From positions 62,001 through 126,000 of the IMG/VR virus record IMGVR_UViG_3300032294_002797: a stretch of 64,000 nt of DNA; one strand, 5' to 3'. The notes beneath the pieces were generated by a model, which worked only from the letters and a program-made list of their open reading frames with translations, ran no database searches and was not told the DNA's origin. A program made the position numbers and the translations under genes. This document shows, in pieces, positions 40,201 to 50,944 of this stretch. Numbering within the stretch: the stretch's first letter is position 1; each line of letters opens with the position of its first letter.

Positions 40201-42594
40201 TCGGTTGTAGAGGGTATCGAGCAGGCCATAGAACCCGGTATGATACAATCTAGAATACGCAGGGGTAATTGTATTAATCCAAACACTTTCTTAGTAATTT
40301 TAGGGTTATTAGACCATGTTTTTAATACTAGCGCTTTTCCTCCCTCTATTTCTTTGGGAGGTAGTGAGCAACATCTGCCCATAGCTGCGAAATGTCCTAC
40401 TCCTTGTTTTGCTGCTATTCCGATTAGAGATAATCTATCTATATATGGACCATGGATCAGTCATCCAGGATTAATTTCGAACATTATTTTCCCTGATCTG
40501 AGCCAGGCTGGTGCTAATGCTATGACAAATAATATAGTTGGAGGTGTCGATGTTGATATATCAGATTCTTATGTTCCGTGGGAATATGGCGGCATGGACT
40601 TAATGGATACAGCAATATTAACTAAATTAGCAGATAATAATAAATATCAACAAGTATTAGAGGCCGGAAGTTTAACAGTGGCAGGCATTATGTTGAGAGA
40701 TACGCACATAGGAAGCACATTGATCAATAATTACGGACCAGTATGTAACAGTATACAGGTGGCCATCGGAACAGATGGCTATCAAACAACATACCACTTT
40801 AGAACTTACAGCAGAAAGCTAGGTTATTTTAATAAAAATCAATCAGATTTAATGCAAAAATTTGGTAAACAAGCTTTGACGAATAGAAAAGAATTAGTAG
40901 ACAGCATCCGAAGCCAACTGACTAGAACTATGCAGCTTAGAGATCCAGCCGCAGATAGAGCTGGCAGACTACCAAAAGGCATGGCATATAGTCCTGTGAA
41001 TGTATTAGTTGGCGGATCATATCCAATGATTCATTCTGATAGTTCTCTTACAGATGCTTATACTCAACTTAAATTTAATCCGGATTGGCACTTAAGACCT
41101 ATTATTCCAACAAATTTACCATCTGATCCTAAAAATATGCTGAGACAGCAAACAGTATCTCAGATATATGATCCTCAAGAACTCGATGGGGTGTTGGGTG
41201 GTTCTCCTAGAGACTACGAGTCTCGCGCAATTATGAGTTTAGATGGATTATTTTCTCCAATTTCTTTTTATCCTACTAAATATGGTACTACTTATTCTAT
41301 CTCATATTATCCTAGAAGCAAATGTCCTCATTGTAAAGGACAAGGAACTTATACCTACAAAGAATTTACTCAGGCATCTACATTATTAGATCCTACTAAT
41401 ACTAATAGTTCTGATGCGACTACTACTACTATTAAAAACAGTTTTACTGAAAAAACTAAATCCTGCGACTTTTGTGTTCCGGATGACAAAATCAATAAAA
41501 AGACCAGTGCCCAACCCAATGAAACAACACCTCCTTTCTTATTGGCTAGCGGAACAGATTTACAGATCATCTCAGATAGAGATACTAGCTTTCAATATAA
41601 TTCTTGTATTATTAATAATTATACATTAAATCCTATGATTATGTCTGCTACTGGTAGCGATTATAGTTGTTATATGAACAAACAAAAAACGGATCGTTGC
41701 GGTCATAGCATAGACATTGTTTCTTTCGGTAATACTTTGCCAAAATTCAATGATGGATTAAGAGCCTCTTTATCTCCAACAATTAATAAAAATTACAATG
41801 ATTATGATATTAATTTAATAGAAGCAGATGCATCGTTTCAGACACCTCTACAAAATGTTAGATTTTTTGGATTAAGAGGACCATTAATGTTACACTCTTG
41901 GGGATATGACTTAGAGGGCTATCCTATACCGAATTCTTCCGGAGAATATCAACTTCAAGCCAACGGAGATATCAAAAGAGATAACGAAGGTAATCCCGTA
42001 TTCAAAAATCAAGTACAACAAGCAGATGGAAAATATTCGGCACCATATAAAGACAATACATTTTTTAAAGGATGGGGACAATTACCATCCACATGGCCCG
42101 TAGGACCCATAGATTTACGTTGGGACAGCGGAGCCAATGTATGGACCATTGGAGCCAATTATAAACCAGTGTGGGTTGCTATAGAAAACGATCTACTAGA
42201 TGATAATCCTGTAAGAGGAGCAATCATAGAATCATCATACAGCAATAGTCCTCTACCTTCTGGTTTACGCAAATTAGTATTTGTGAAAGATACGGCGGGT
42301 ATGTTTTCTGCTCCTCGTGGAGCAGCATTATATTGCAGATATGACTCTCAAAATGGGTTTTATGAACCAATATATAATAGGCCGTTACTTACATCCGGAA
42401 CCATCAATGGACCCAATACAGTATCGATATATAAGGCTTACGTTCCTGCAAGTCTACTAGATCTTAATACAGAAGAAGTTTTATCATATAATACCACATA
42501 TAGTAATCCATTAGATTTAGATGCAGATACTAATAGTGTTGGATTATTTACATTTCTAAATGGCCAATGGATACTAATGTCCACAAAGATGTAA
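37267..42594 (+). CDS. Large tail tip/baseplate hub-like protein (1775 aa)
   Basis: Position after the TMP and tail paralogs; beta-rich; internal CPHC..CDFC pair; function inferred. Confidence 0.55.
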   Translation: MPICNFSYKECGPFAQTLFLGCSVANIGQNLAWGSEPSTCTIKLIKDLSSHPSDPAFLPSTTYADTITSTADTVTNTLFDPTIDGADLSHTLRKNIAQQEKNIEVTRLVDDITNIPQASLKDLGKKCWNPHNLAANPIDWVGPDPGFVGDNSFMGRRLFGVAGVPCYFRFDTVMFGGLINKWAYEGGTYSVELMGPGSMLKGVKLIVNEYYGSISTLISSTAGALPGGNSLAIPYGDTSINSYTNTIIQGNIPNVINIFGFLQNIGYGSTLISQYGVNASQIYDTLNLLLNNSNGIQTNQFSPYGAIVAKSLIEYTNNNNVGIVNPENASLMYGGKTINLTHLGLMNHKVAVDQVFRPLFRLDLSQVPRPDPNIYMDLTNVIELDQFITFCCDGAGMDWNTEIIPDLSGSDFTGRIVINTYNRNIQPPPKVLKNLVSTFGAADRVISFNAGEEYSDEQVRKIVIGGKQERLFQVMNHTLSRYRNIRVFDIATGNFMPIGNDMTDTTLSTGDSRNTIRWPRPSSTRAYDSSFGLPYRTYGGAATAQTDNDFLSSETLGFSNTTVTKGNYTTTAPSLKDEEIPSFPSPGRACEGYSGYAYPISYDLISPYFGRNTDGSIRKVFYDRKLRQLQVNVSLSDLQPFFPVQGTGGWGGFITFYENEIRAAIAGFDSWLSYVLEPVKFGFSLPSTSLIQKFIADKHGQQIANQIILGGLGILKGQTKMSALPVAGHTGNRISPGNSIPYLEGIFDTLKKLHQFIASNLGEHYGKNFLVRLPNIQRRIGPDGVAYYSYQVCDSGWEEQGNFLDDTMQIGTAAATALATENGKFPPILGFNASAEWDNATYFDLDSMSPWGRTLMSMRSKYAEFSGDKWYFPLVHDLDPDKVVIMPYESTLLNGTLRPGFNTNPPTLNDSYGRSIPDDKKYKMYVTGSILETAPENKVNKNIIFSENAQYCVVSNTSKIHHASHNSLVKTMYEDLYTSVVEGIEQAIEPGMIQSRIRRGNCINPNTFLVILGLLDHVFNTSAFPPSISLGGSEQHLPIAAKCPTPCFAAIPIRDNLSIYGPWISHPGLISNIIFPDLSQAGANAMTNNIVGGVDVDISDSYVPWEYGGMDLMDTAILTKLADNNKYQQVLEAGSLTVAGIMLRDTHIGSTLINNYGPVCNSIQVAIGTDGYQTTYHFRTYSRKLGYFNKNQSDLMQKFGKQALTNRKELVDSIRSQLTRTMQLRDPAADRAGRLPKGMAYSPVNVLVGGSYPMIHSDSSLTDAYTQLKFNPDWHLRPIIPTNLPSDPKNMLRQQTVSQIYDPQELDGVLGGSPRDYESRAIMSLDGLFSPISFYPTKYGTTYSISYYPRSKCPHCKGQGTYTYKEFTQASTLLDPTNTNSSDATTTTIKNSFTEKTKSCDFCVPDDKINKKTSAQPNETTPPFLLASGTDLQIISDRDTSFQYNSCIINNYTLNPMIMSATGSDYSCYMNKQKTDRCGHSIDIVSFGNTLPKFNDGLRASLSPTINKNYNDYDINLIEADASFQTPLQNVRFFGLRGPLMLHSWGYDLEGYPIPNSSGEYQLQANGDIKRDNEGNPVFKNQVQQADGKYSAPYKDNTFFKGWGQLPSTWPVGPIDLRWDSGANVWTIGANYKPVWVAIENDLLDDNPVRGAIIESSYSNSPLPSGLRKLVFVKDTAGMFSAPRGAALYCRYDSQNGFYEPIYNRPLLTSGTINGPNTVSIYKAYVPASLLDLNTEEVLSYNTTYSNPLDLDADTNSVGLFTFLNGQWILMSTKM

Positions 42595-42608
42595 TATAGG
42601 AAATAAAT

Positions 42609-45600
42609 ATGTCGTGCTCTATTTTTCGCAAATCGTTAATTGCTGATATCAAAGATATAAATATTAAAGATTTTGATATATCTTGGCTATCTTCTATGAT
42701 ACCAGGATATAAACCCGGATTAAGTGGCGTATGGCAACCTATATGGGTTGCTGGTACTAATTCTAGTATAGAATATGTAGAGCCATTAATTAAGCCTCGC
42801 ACCGGCCCATCACCCACATTTAATCCTTGTAATTGTACCGATGGCAGCATAAATCCACAGGACATAGAAGATCAAGTGACGGATTACAACCGCTGCAATT
42901 ATTGTGGAACTTATTCGACATCTTCAAGTCTTATAGATAATAGAAAACAAAGGTCTCCGCGATCATATACTTTTGATTGTTGTAATGGTGCTTGTGATAC
43001 AAGATTTAAAAACGATGATTTTATACAGAAAATACCCGTGCTTAATCAATCTTATATAACAGGATTATTAGACTCTAAATATCATGGTCAATTCCCAGCG
43101 TGTAATAATCAGGGGCTGGGTAAAGAAAGATTTATCAAAATTCCGGCTAGTCGGCGCAATAAAATTTTAGGTCCGGACTTGTGCATAGACTGGAGACTAA
43201 AGGAAACTATTTCAGAAATTCCATATGACTCCCTTTATAGTCAACATGATTCAGAATATTTGCATAATAAGTCATATAAAAAAAGCCAAATGCTAAGTGA
43301 TACTTGTGGTAATTTTATTATGTTGTCTCTCCCAGAAACAGAAGAACCTAGTAAAAACTGGTATCAAGAACAGTATCCGATATTGAGGGGCCTAATAGGA
43401 ACAAAAGTTCTCAATGACACCCCTATTAATATACTTCCGAATCCTGATCAATTTAAAAATATACCCTATGGGATAGATCAAGAATCATATAAAAACATTT
43501 TTATTAAAAATCAAAAAATAGGATCATATTGGAAATGGAATTATAGCTCTGGTATTTTATGTTGGTATAGATACTATAATATAGGAGTAAGTCCAAGCGA
43601 TGATCCGAGACCTGTACCCGGCGTCGATTTATACATCCCTCCCGGTGATGTTTTTTTTGCTACCAACGATGGCCCTGAACCAGCAACCGATCCAGTAAAT
43701 CCATTATCTGTAAATCCTAGGTCTCAAATACAAAGTTGTCCTTCTGGTTTAAAGTTGATAAATAATGGTGAAGTTACTGGCATAGTGCCTAGTGGATCTC
43801 AATTTTGTTATATATCTAATAATCTATATGAAAAATTTTATACTGCATATAATGTTATAAATCAAACTCAAGACGTTACATATATAGATGCCTTCAAAGT
43901 TGCCGCTGTACTAGCCACTTCTCCGCAGTATGATAAAATTACTGTAGATCTTTTAAAAACAAATATCATATTTGATTATCCTCGTAATATTTATAAGCAA
44001 ATAGATATTCTTAATAGAGATATGCAGAGTGGCACATCATATGATTCTGTGTCTCATTTAAACTATATTTCTGATAAAAAAGAATTATTGACCACTTTGA
44101 GCCAAAAATATGGAGCATATCTGTGGGTGCCTCCAAATACAGAATCTACAATTACTTTTGATAAATCAATATCTTCGTCATTTGCTTTAGATATAGATTT
44201 TGATATGGTTATTAAACGAACAGATTCTCTATGGAGATCTAGTACATGTAATCCTATGAAATCGTGTGCGGAAAGATCGGTAACAAAAAATTTCAGTTAT
44301 AGTCAAGAGATAGGCTTTTCCGATGCTATGCTTAAAACAGAAACTAGGGATGATGTGAGGTACGCCCCCACTTGCAACACCGGAGATGGTTCGGTTATTG
44401 GGAAAAATTTTAGCTTATTTTCTAGTGTTTATATTAATAGTTCAAAAATCAAATCAGTTTTTACTTCTAGTGGCTGTATATTTTTTGAAGATATTTATCC
44501 AAGAATCGCTGGCACTGATACTAGTATATTTTGCGATAATTGTGATAAAAACAGCTCCTATTATCTAATAGAAAATGTAGAGAGTGCAGAATGTGGATCT
44601 AAAGCTGGCAACGATAGTTTTTGTTACAAAACACTAGCTAGAAGATTCAATAATTCTCCGCCGCAATTTCCAGGAGATCCTAGTCCTAGCGGCACTCGCA
44701 CAGAAAGAACCGTAGCCGATGGTACTATACGATGGAAAAGAGGATACAAATCTTTATTTTTTAATCCTCATATCGATTTAGTTGCTTTCCATCAAGAAGG
44801 AGGTATATTTTTTAATAGCGTTCCTCTTGGCATAGATAATCAGACATTTTTTGAGAAAACTTCTTCCTTGTCTGAAATTAATATTGATCAAATTCAAATT
44901 AAATTTGCTACTAAAGATGTTGGTATTAAATTATATAAATTAGAAGCCGAATATCTTCAAACATCATCCGATTCCTCTGCCAAATGCAAAAGATTCCCCG
45001 TTAAAACCACTTGCAAATGTATGCCCGTATCAGTTTCTCCCACCCATCCTATATCTTGCGACGATCCAAATCCATCCACATTTTCTAGTTCCAATCTATA
45101 TACGCCGAATGTATCTACCAAATATGCTCCTAAATTAAAAAAATATGGTGGATATAATCAAATATATTTAGACAAAATTTTTAATGCTGGAACTTTAATC
45201 GCAGAAAACACCACTCTGCCCACACTATCAAAAAAAATAGATCCGTTGAATCCCTATGGCTGTGGCTCAAATGCATCGATTACTTTGCGCAACTATACCA
45301 ACACTTTCTGGAATATCGATTTAAATAATTTTTCTACAAATCATGCGGATATTCGCGCGAGGGTTACCGAGAATGTTGATCTTTTTGCTCCGCAATGGAG
45401 CATTCTGATTCGATTTGGAGGACGAGAAGAGGGCTTAGAATATATTCCTAATAAAAATTATCGTAGATTTACTACTAAAGTATCTTTGGAATATGGTGGA
45501 GGATCTACAGATTTATATGCCAATCAGTCGTCTGTTATCCTAAACAAAGATGATAGTGTTCCAAAAACTATCACTGCTCATTTACAGAATCCTTTTTTGG

Positions 45601-48600
45601 AAGCATTGATGACGACCAGGGGTGCAAAAAAAGACACCGTCTTATATCCACCATCTGGTAAGTTGTTACATGATTTTATTTTTAATCCTAATAGTCGCTG
45701 GAGTCCTCCTCTTAGGGGCAACGAAACTTCTATAGTTACATTGTCTATTAATCAAACTCCTAGAAAACAAATTTTAAATTTTGTAGTACCACCCGCTCAG
45801 TCTATGGGGATATTACAAAAGGGTTTTTTCCATCCTAATAGTGGCCTTACCAGTTCTATAACGGATAAAACACCGATCAAAAACAACAAGCTATTTTATG
45901 ATAAGCCCATATCTGATAATGTAGAGTACGATGAAGGTTTCTGTTTATATGGTTCTTTAACACAACAAGTTCTCAATGTAATACGAGACGTTAATAATTT
46001 TGATAAGCACAGAAAACTTAGACTATATTTATCAGTTAATGATCGCTGGTATGAGTTTCAGCATCCCAATAGAGGAGGATATTTATTAAATAATCAACAA
46101 TATATTGGAAGTCCTAATATTTTTGAGTATATTTCTAAGTTAGAATCAAGTAAAGGACTTCCTATTTTGTTACCGGCAGCTCCTAAAAAACATATAAAAT
46201 ATAATTACTTATATAATCACTATAAATATAGTAAACAAGCACTACCAGAATTTCCATTATTGTCTAATGCTTTTTCATATAATAATAGCACCAAAGAGAT
46301 TACCATACTGGGTACTCGTCATTATTTTATGGTTCCAGAAATAGATCCATCTATAGACACCGAATTAGGCTCTATGGATGACATAGCCAACTTTAACCCC
46401 AGTAGTCCCCTAGATTATGCTCAGATGATTAGATTTGCCGATGGTTCTCATTGGCTATGTCTTAAACCAGAAGCTCCATCAGTACGAACATCTTATATTT
46501 GGACAGATTATGATTATCTATATCATGTTTTTAGTGATATGCATATTGATTTTAATAAAATTTCTAAGCAAGGTTATGTATATAATACTAAAAAGCCATG
46601 CGACTTTTCTTTTTCTACATACAATCCATATGATAAAAAATGGGATACCGCTAATAAAATTATAAGTAAAAAAGTTTTGGTTAAATTCGTAAAGAAAGAT
46701 GGAAGCCCTATTAGAAATTTGAGAACAGAAGATGTCTATATGATACCATATACAGTTTTTACTATTACATTACCTATCAGAAATAGTAAATATACTTTTA
46801 TAGATTTATTAGGATCGGCTAATAATCCGGGAGATAATAAAAATTTTCATTCGTTCACCACCACGTCAATTACCGCTCCACTAGCCGAAAATGACTCTAA
46901 ATTATTAAATAAGTATATTCCTAGTAAGTGGGGAGATGTTATTAATTATGATGGCACTATTTTAGATCCTTATACAGACGCTTTTGTAAACCCTGAAGAC
47001 TTTTACCCATCTTCTACATACAATAATGATTTCTATAAAATAATTGTTAATAATCATGATAAATTAAAACATAATTATCAAATAGAAATTAATGGAGAAC
47101 TTATAAATATAAGCCATGAAGACTTAGTCTATTATAATATATTACAACCCTATAATATAGGAGACAATGGAGCATATTCGATACAAACACAAAAATATCA
47201 TAATTATTTACCATTTATAGATATTAATTTATTAAGCTCAGAAGAAGCCTCTAGTATAGATCAAAAGATAAAAGAAGCCGCCGCCGATAGCATAAAGAAT
47301 AACACAGCAATGACCGGAACGATTAGCATGAACGGTCTACTAAAAAACTTATCAAATTTTGATAATAGTTTTATCAATCCCGATACTGCTCCGGATCCAT
47401 ATTTCTGGATCAATTTCACACAAGGAGAGAATTTGGTGAAGTCAGCTTTTGTGCCGACACAAACTATTTATAGTCCTACTCTTAGGTTTGATGATCCACC
47501 ATACTGGTTATCAAGTACTACGGTAAAAAATCGAAATATATCTACTGATTCTAGATATACTTGTAGAGAGAGGTTTGAACCTCAAAGAATCAATTCTTAT
47601 ATAGCTACTACTACTAAATTTGATAATTCTTCATCTTTCAAAAGTACCACGCTAACTAGACAGACACCATATTTTAGATATCCGATACATTGCGATACAG
47701 ATGACGACACATGTGCTAATTCAGGATGTAATACAGATCTTAATGCTGGTATGATGCAGGTGGGCTGGAAAGAACTGATTTCTAATTATAGAGTAGGCGT
47801 TGAAGAAATCAAGAATATAACAACATCATCAATACCATTTATTTTAAGCTATGACGCAGGAATCTATAATACTGTTGGGAATACCAGTCCTATAACTATT
47901 AAAAGATTTGAGTTAGAACCAAATAATGAGATAGAATTTGATTCTTTTTCATGTGATAATGATAAAATTTTTCCTGCTAATTATAAATCTTCTGTTATTA
48001 ATCCTATTTATCAAAAAACTTTGGATAATACGCCCGATATTACACATGATCTTATAGTAACAAATACAGACTTGGTGGCCAACGAAATGCTATTCCGTAT
48101 ATTATATGGAGAAGCACAAATTATTAATAAAAAAATGTTAAGTATAAATAATAAGATACTTTCTAAATATGATTTAATACAATATTCAGACCCAAAAGTA
48201 GAAGCTAAAGATATTTATAACCAAATTTTATATAATTTTGATAAAAATGCTCCAATGGATAATCTTAATATTAATGGCAGCCTTATTGTTAATGGCGTAA
48301 TGAGTGTTAGATCAAATACAACTATAGTTATCAATGATATCACCGCTAACTTACAGATTGTTAAAGAAAATAATAAAATTTATATTAGAGGTACTATCGG
48401 GGACAAAAATATCGATATACTAATTTATGCAGAAGTATTAACGCGTAAAAGATATTTAATTCAGCAATATGGTCCTGGTTTATGGATTGATGGGACAAAT
48501 AGGGGGAATACATGGAGCAAACCAGCTCCGCCAACTTCAGCCGATGAAAATACAACGATTGTTTTCCAAGGACAATGTAATGTTCATGCTAGAAGAGTAT

Positions 48601-50927
48601 TTACGCTATTTACCGCTACAAACGCTTCTTTTTGTAGCGGCCAAGCTAGGTCAGGTGTTATATCTGATACCAGTAGCTATCCATGCAAACGAACACTAGA
48701 TACATCTAACCTTGCTAGTGGAGGAAGTGTGCAAGCAGGATTTACTAATGCGGAAGCTAGATGGAGCAGAGGTTTTCCTGGAGCAATATCCTGCTGGTCT
48801 AATATTACTAATATTCCTATGAATGGAGAATTCCTTCCGTTTAGACAGTGGGTTTGTGGAAAGCCTGTTTGGGGGCCAATAAGTTTTGGAACTATGAGAA
48901 AAGAGGCAATTCCCTATCGTTGTGCATATGGCTATAATACTACAGGAACAGATAATTGTGCTGATTTTGAAGTAGGATATTGTAGAAAGAAACAATGCGA
49001 TTTATGTGATGAGGTTGTTGAGAATGTAGATGAAATTAATGTTAAGTATGAATTTCAATTTTGTCGAACTCGATTTAATTTATATGGGCATGCCTATAGG
49101 GAAAACCTCAGGCCTCTACCTACTCTAAGAAGAGTACCAGAGACATATCCAACATATTCTGTACAAGAATATCAAGACTGGGTTGTTGGGAGCATATGCA
49201 ATTCCTTCTTTAGTCCGGGTCCTGATGCACAGTATTGTAGTTGCGCAAGTTACGGAGTGAGCAGATGCTCAGAACCACCTGAAATGTGTGGCAGGTGTTG
49301 TGCTCCTACTACCTGTTGTATTTGTCCGCCGGACTGCGATCCTGGCTGTGCTTCATGTTTCAGAGGAGATTATATTCAAGCTAGTCCGGAAGATGATGGT
49401 ATAAGTATAGGAGGAGGATATTGGCCACAGCAACCCGGAGAACAATATGATCCTTGTGCAGATAGAGAGGATGTATGCGGAGTGAACTCATACGGGGATA
49501 GAAGTGTTGCATATTATAGAGATATTTATCTCATGACCGAAAAAAAGATAGAGGATCAATATAATCCGTTGTGCGCCACGCCATTAGTTCAAATCAATTA
49601 TACTAGCAAATCTTTAACATTTCGTATTAGAGAAAAAGAATACTGTTTTCCAGTATCTTTGAGTACGTGTCCAACTATTAATATCTCATCATCTATGGAT
49701 CAATTGTATGTAGATGATACTGTAGACAGCAGATGCGAAAACTGTACTCAAGAAATAGGTCAGTTGTCCGTATCTGATCAAAAACAAAATTTTCTTGTCA
49801 GAAAAGAAAAAAGAAAGTGTGTGTTAGGAGTTAAATACTTTGCTAATGTTAATAGTAGAGGCATTGTTGGTGGAGGTCAGATATATTACGAATATAGAGG
49901 AGACTATCCATTGGGTAGTAATAGTTGGAGAACTCAATGTGGCGGTGGTCCTATAGAATATGGTTGTTGGGAATTTGGAAGTACTATGGGAGGGTGGTCG
50001 GATCTATTTATGCCTATGGGAATAGAATGCGATAGGCCAATTACTACGGATTACTGGGGTTCGGGTTCGGCATCCTTGGCTAGTTTAGAAGTAGATGAGT
50101 GGAAATGGGAATTATCTCAATTTTTAAGAAAAAGATACCAATACTTATCCCAAGGAGCAAACCATATTCCTGAAGAGGATATTATTGACGGAATAGTGCC
50201 CGGTAGTGTTAGTGAATTACAGATAGAATCTTATAATGTGGGCGGACAAAAAATAACTCGTGGTGGCGGAATAGTGGATAATGTTGTGACAGCTTATATA
50301 GCATATTATGAATATGACTATATCAGACCGGCTACTCTACAAGATATTTTACGAGATGATAGCTCACTTATATGTGTGGCTGGTAGAGAATATAAAGAAA
50401 ATATTCAACGGTCTTTAGCTACTATAGGCAAAGGCGGGCAAGATGCTTCTATAGCAGCCCAACAATTATATGGTGGTTGTCCTTATGTGGGCTTCCCACC
50501 TAGTTATAGAGATAATCTAGGAGATGCCTCGGGCTTAGGCACAGCCCGTAGATATTTTTACTACAGTGGAGATTCATCTACACCAGGAGCCATAGAAGGA
50601 TCAACTTATACGGTCACATCTCCGTTATATAATCAAAATACTAATTGTAATAATAGTTTATATTGTTCTCATAAATATAATGTTTATATCTGTCCGCAAG
50701 CACAAAACATTTGTTGTCTTGCTGATTTAGAAGTTATAGATAATACTGGAGATCCAAATTGCAGTAGTACTGGAGCACCTCTTTGTGATAAAGGCAGCTC
50801 TGCAACATGCTCTACCTTGAACATATATCCACCATGGATACAATATATAGACGACTGGTATAAAGCACTTGGCTGGGATGGTGCCCCCGTTAGAGGCCCA
50901 CAATTTTGGACGAGTCCTCGATTTTAA
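42609..50927 (+). CDS. Giant Cys-rich virion-associated protein (2772 aa)
   Basis: Uninterrupted ORF at the end of the tail module; Cys clusters at the N-terminus, middle and especially the C-terminal third. Confidence 0.7.
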   Translation: MSCSIFRKSLIADIKDINIKDFDISWLSSMIPGYKPGLSGVWQPIWVAGTNSSIEYVEPLIKPRTGPSPTFNPCNCTDGSINPQDIEDQVTDYNRCNYCGTYSTSSSLIDNRKQRSPRSYTFDCCNGACDTRFKNDDFIQKIPVLNQSYITGLLDSKYHGQFPACNNQGLGKERFIKIPASRRNKILGPDLCIDWRLKETISEIPYDSLYSQHDSEYLHNKSYKKSQMLSDTCGNFIMLSLPETEEPSKNWYQEQYPILRGLIGTKVLNDTPINILPNPDQFKNIPYGIDQESYKNIFIKNQKIGSYWKWNYSSGILCWYRYYNIGVSPSDDPRPVPGVDLYIPPGDVFFATNDGPEPATDPVNPLSVNPRSQIQSCPSGLKLINNGEVTGIVPSGSQFCYISNNLYEKFYTAYNVINQTQDVTYIDAFKVAAVLATSPQYDKITVDLLKTNIIFDYPRNIYKQIDILNRDMQSGTSYDSVSHLNYISDKKELLTTLSQKYGAYLWVPPNTESTITFDKSISSSFALDIDFDMVIKRTDSLWRSSTCNPMKSCAERSVTKNFSYSQEIGFSDAMLKTETRDDVRYAPTCNTGDGSVIGKNFSLFSSVYINSSKIKSVFTSSGCIFFEDIYPRIAGTDTSIFCDNCDKNSSYYLIENVESAECGSKAGNDSFCYKTLARRFNNSPPQFPGDPSPSGTRTERTVADGTIRWKRGYKSLFFNPHIDLVAFHQEGGIFFNSVPLGIDNQTFFEKTSSLSEINIDQIQIKFATKDVGIKLYKLEAEYLQTSSDSSAKCKRFPVKTTCKCMPVSVSPTHPISCDDPNPSTFSSSNLYTPNVSTKYAPKLKKYGGYNQIYLDKIFNAGTLIAENTTLPTLSKKIDPLNPYGCGSNASITLRNYTNTFWNIDLNNFSTNHADIRARVTENVDLFAPQWSILIRFGGREEGLEYIPNKNYRRFTTKVSLEYGGGSTDLYANQSSVILNKDDSVPKTITAHLQNPFLEALMTTRGAKKDTVLYPPSGKLLHDFIFNPNSRWSPPLRGNETSIVTLSINQTPRKQILNFVVPPAQSMGILQKGFFHPNSGLTSSITDKTPIKNNKLFYDKPISDNVEYDEGFCLYGSLTQQVLNVIRDVNNFDKHRKLRLYLSVNDRWYEFQHPNRGGYLLNNQQYIGSPNIFEYISKLESSKGLPILLPAAPKKHIKYNYLYNHYKYSKQALPEFPLLSNAFSYNNSTKEITILGTRHYFMVPEIDPSIDTELGSMDDIANFNPSSPLDYAQMIRFADGSHWLCLKPEAPSVRTSYIWTDYDYLYHVFSDMHIDFNKISKQGYVYNTKKPCDFSFSTYNPYDKKWDTANKIISKKVLVKFVKKDGSPIRNLRTEDVYMIPYTVFTITLPIRNSKYTFIDLLGSANNPGDNKNFHSFTTTSITAPLAENDSKLLNKYIPSKWGDVINYDGTILDPYTDAFVNPEDFYPSSTYNNDFYKIIVNNHDKLKHNYQIEINGELINISHEDLVYYNILQPYNIGDNGAYSIQTQKYHNYLPFIDINLLSSEEASSIDQKIKEAAADSIKNNTAMTGTISMNGLLKNLSNFDNSFINPDTAPDPYFWINFTQGENLVKSAFVPTQTIYSPTLRFDDPPYWLSSTTVKNRNISTDSRYTCRERFEPQRINSYIATTTKFDNSSSFKSTTLTRQTPYFRYPIHCDTDDDTCANSGCNTDLNAGMMQVGWKELISNYRVGVEEIKNITTSSIPFILSYDAGIYNTVGNTSPITIKRFELEPNNEIEFDSFSCDNDKIFPANYKSSVINPIYQKTLDNTPDITHDLIVTNTDLVANEMLFRILYGEAQIINKKMLSINNKILSKYDLIQYSDPKVEAKDIYNQILYNFDKNAPMDNLNINGSLIVNGVMSVRSNTTIVINDITANLQIVKENNKIYIRGTIGDKNIDILIYAEVLTRKRYLIQQYGPGLWIDGTNRGNTWSKPAPPTSADENTTIVFQGQCNVHARRVFTLFTATNASFCSGQARSGVISDTSSYPCKRTLDTSNLASGGSVQAGFTNAEARWSRGFPGAISCWSNITNIPMNGEFLPFRQWVCGKPVWGPISFGTMRKEAIPYRCAYGYNTTGTDNCADFEVGYCRKKQCDLCDEVVENVDEINVKYEFQFCRTRFNLYGHAYRENLRPLPTLRRVPETYPTYSVQEYQDWVVGSICNSFFSPGPDAQYCSCASYGVSRCSEPPEMCGRCCAPTTCCICPPDCDPGCASCFRGDYIQASPEDDGISIGGGYWPQQPGEQYDPCADREDVCGVNSYGDRSVAYYRDIYLMTEKKIEDQYNPLCATPLVQINYTSKSLTFRIREKEYCFPVSLSTCPTINISSSMDQLYVDDTVDSRCENCTQEIGQLSVSDQKQNFLVRKEKRKCVLGVKYFANVNSRGIVGGGQIYYEYRGDYPLGSNSWRTQCGGGPIEYGCWEFGSTMGGWSDLFMPMGIECDRPITTDYWGSGSASLASLEVDEWKWELSQFLRKRYQYLSQGANHIPEEDIIDGIVPGSVSELQIESYNVGGQKITRGGGIVDNVVTAYIAYYEYDYIRPATLQDILRDDSSLICVAGREYKENIQRSLATIGKGGQDASIAAQQLYGGCPYVGFPPSYRDNLGDASGLGTARRYFYYSGDSSTPGAIEGSTYTVTSPLYNQNTNCNNSLYCSHKYNVYICPQAQNICCLADLEVIDNTGDPNCSSTGAPLCDKGSSATCSTLNIYPPWIQYIDDWYKALGWDGAPVRGPQFWTSPRF

Positions 50928-50944
50928 AGAAAGGATGATTAGTT

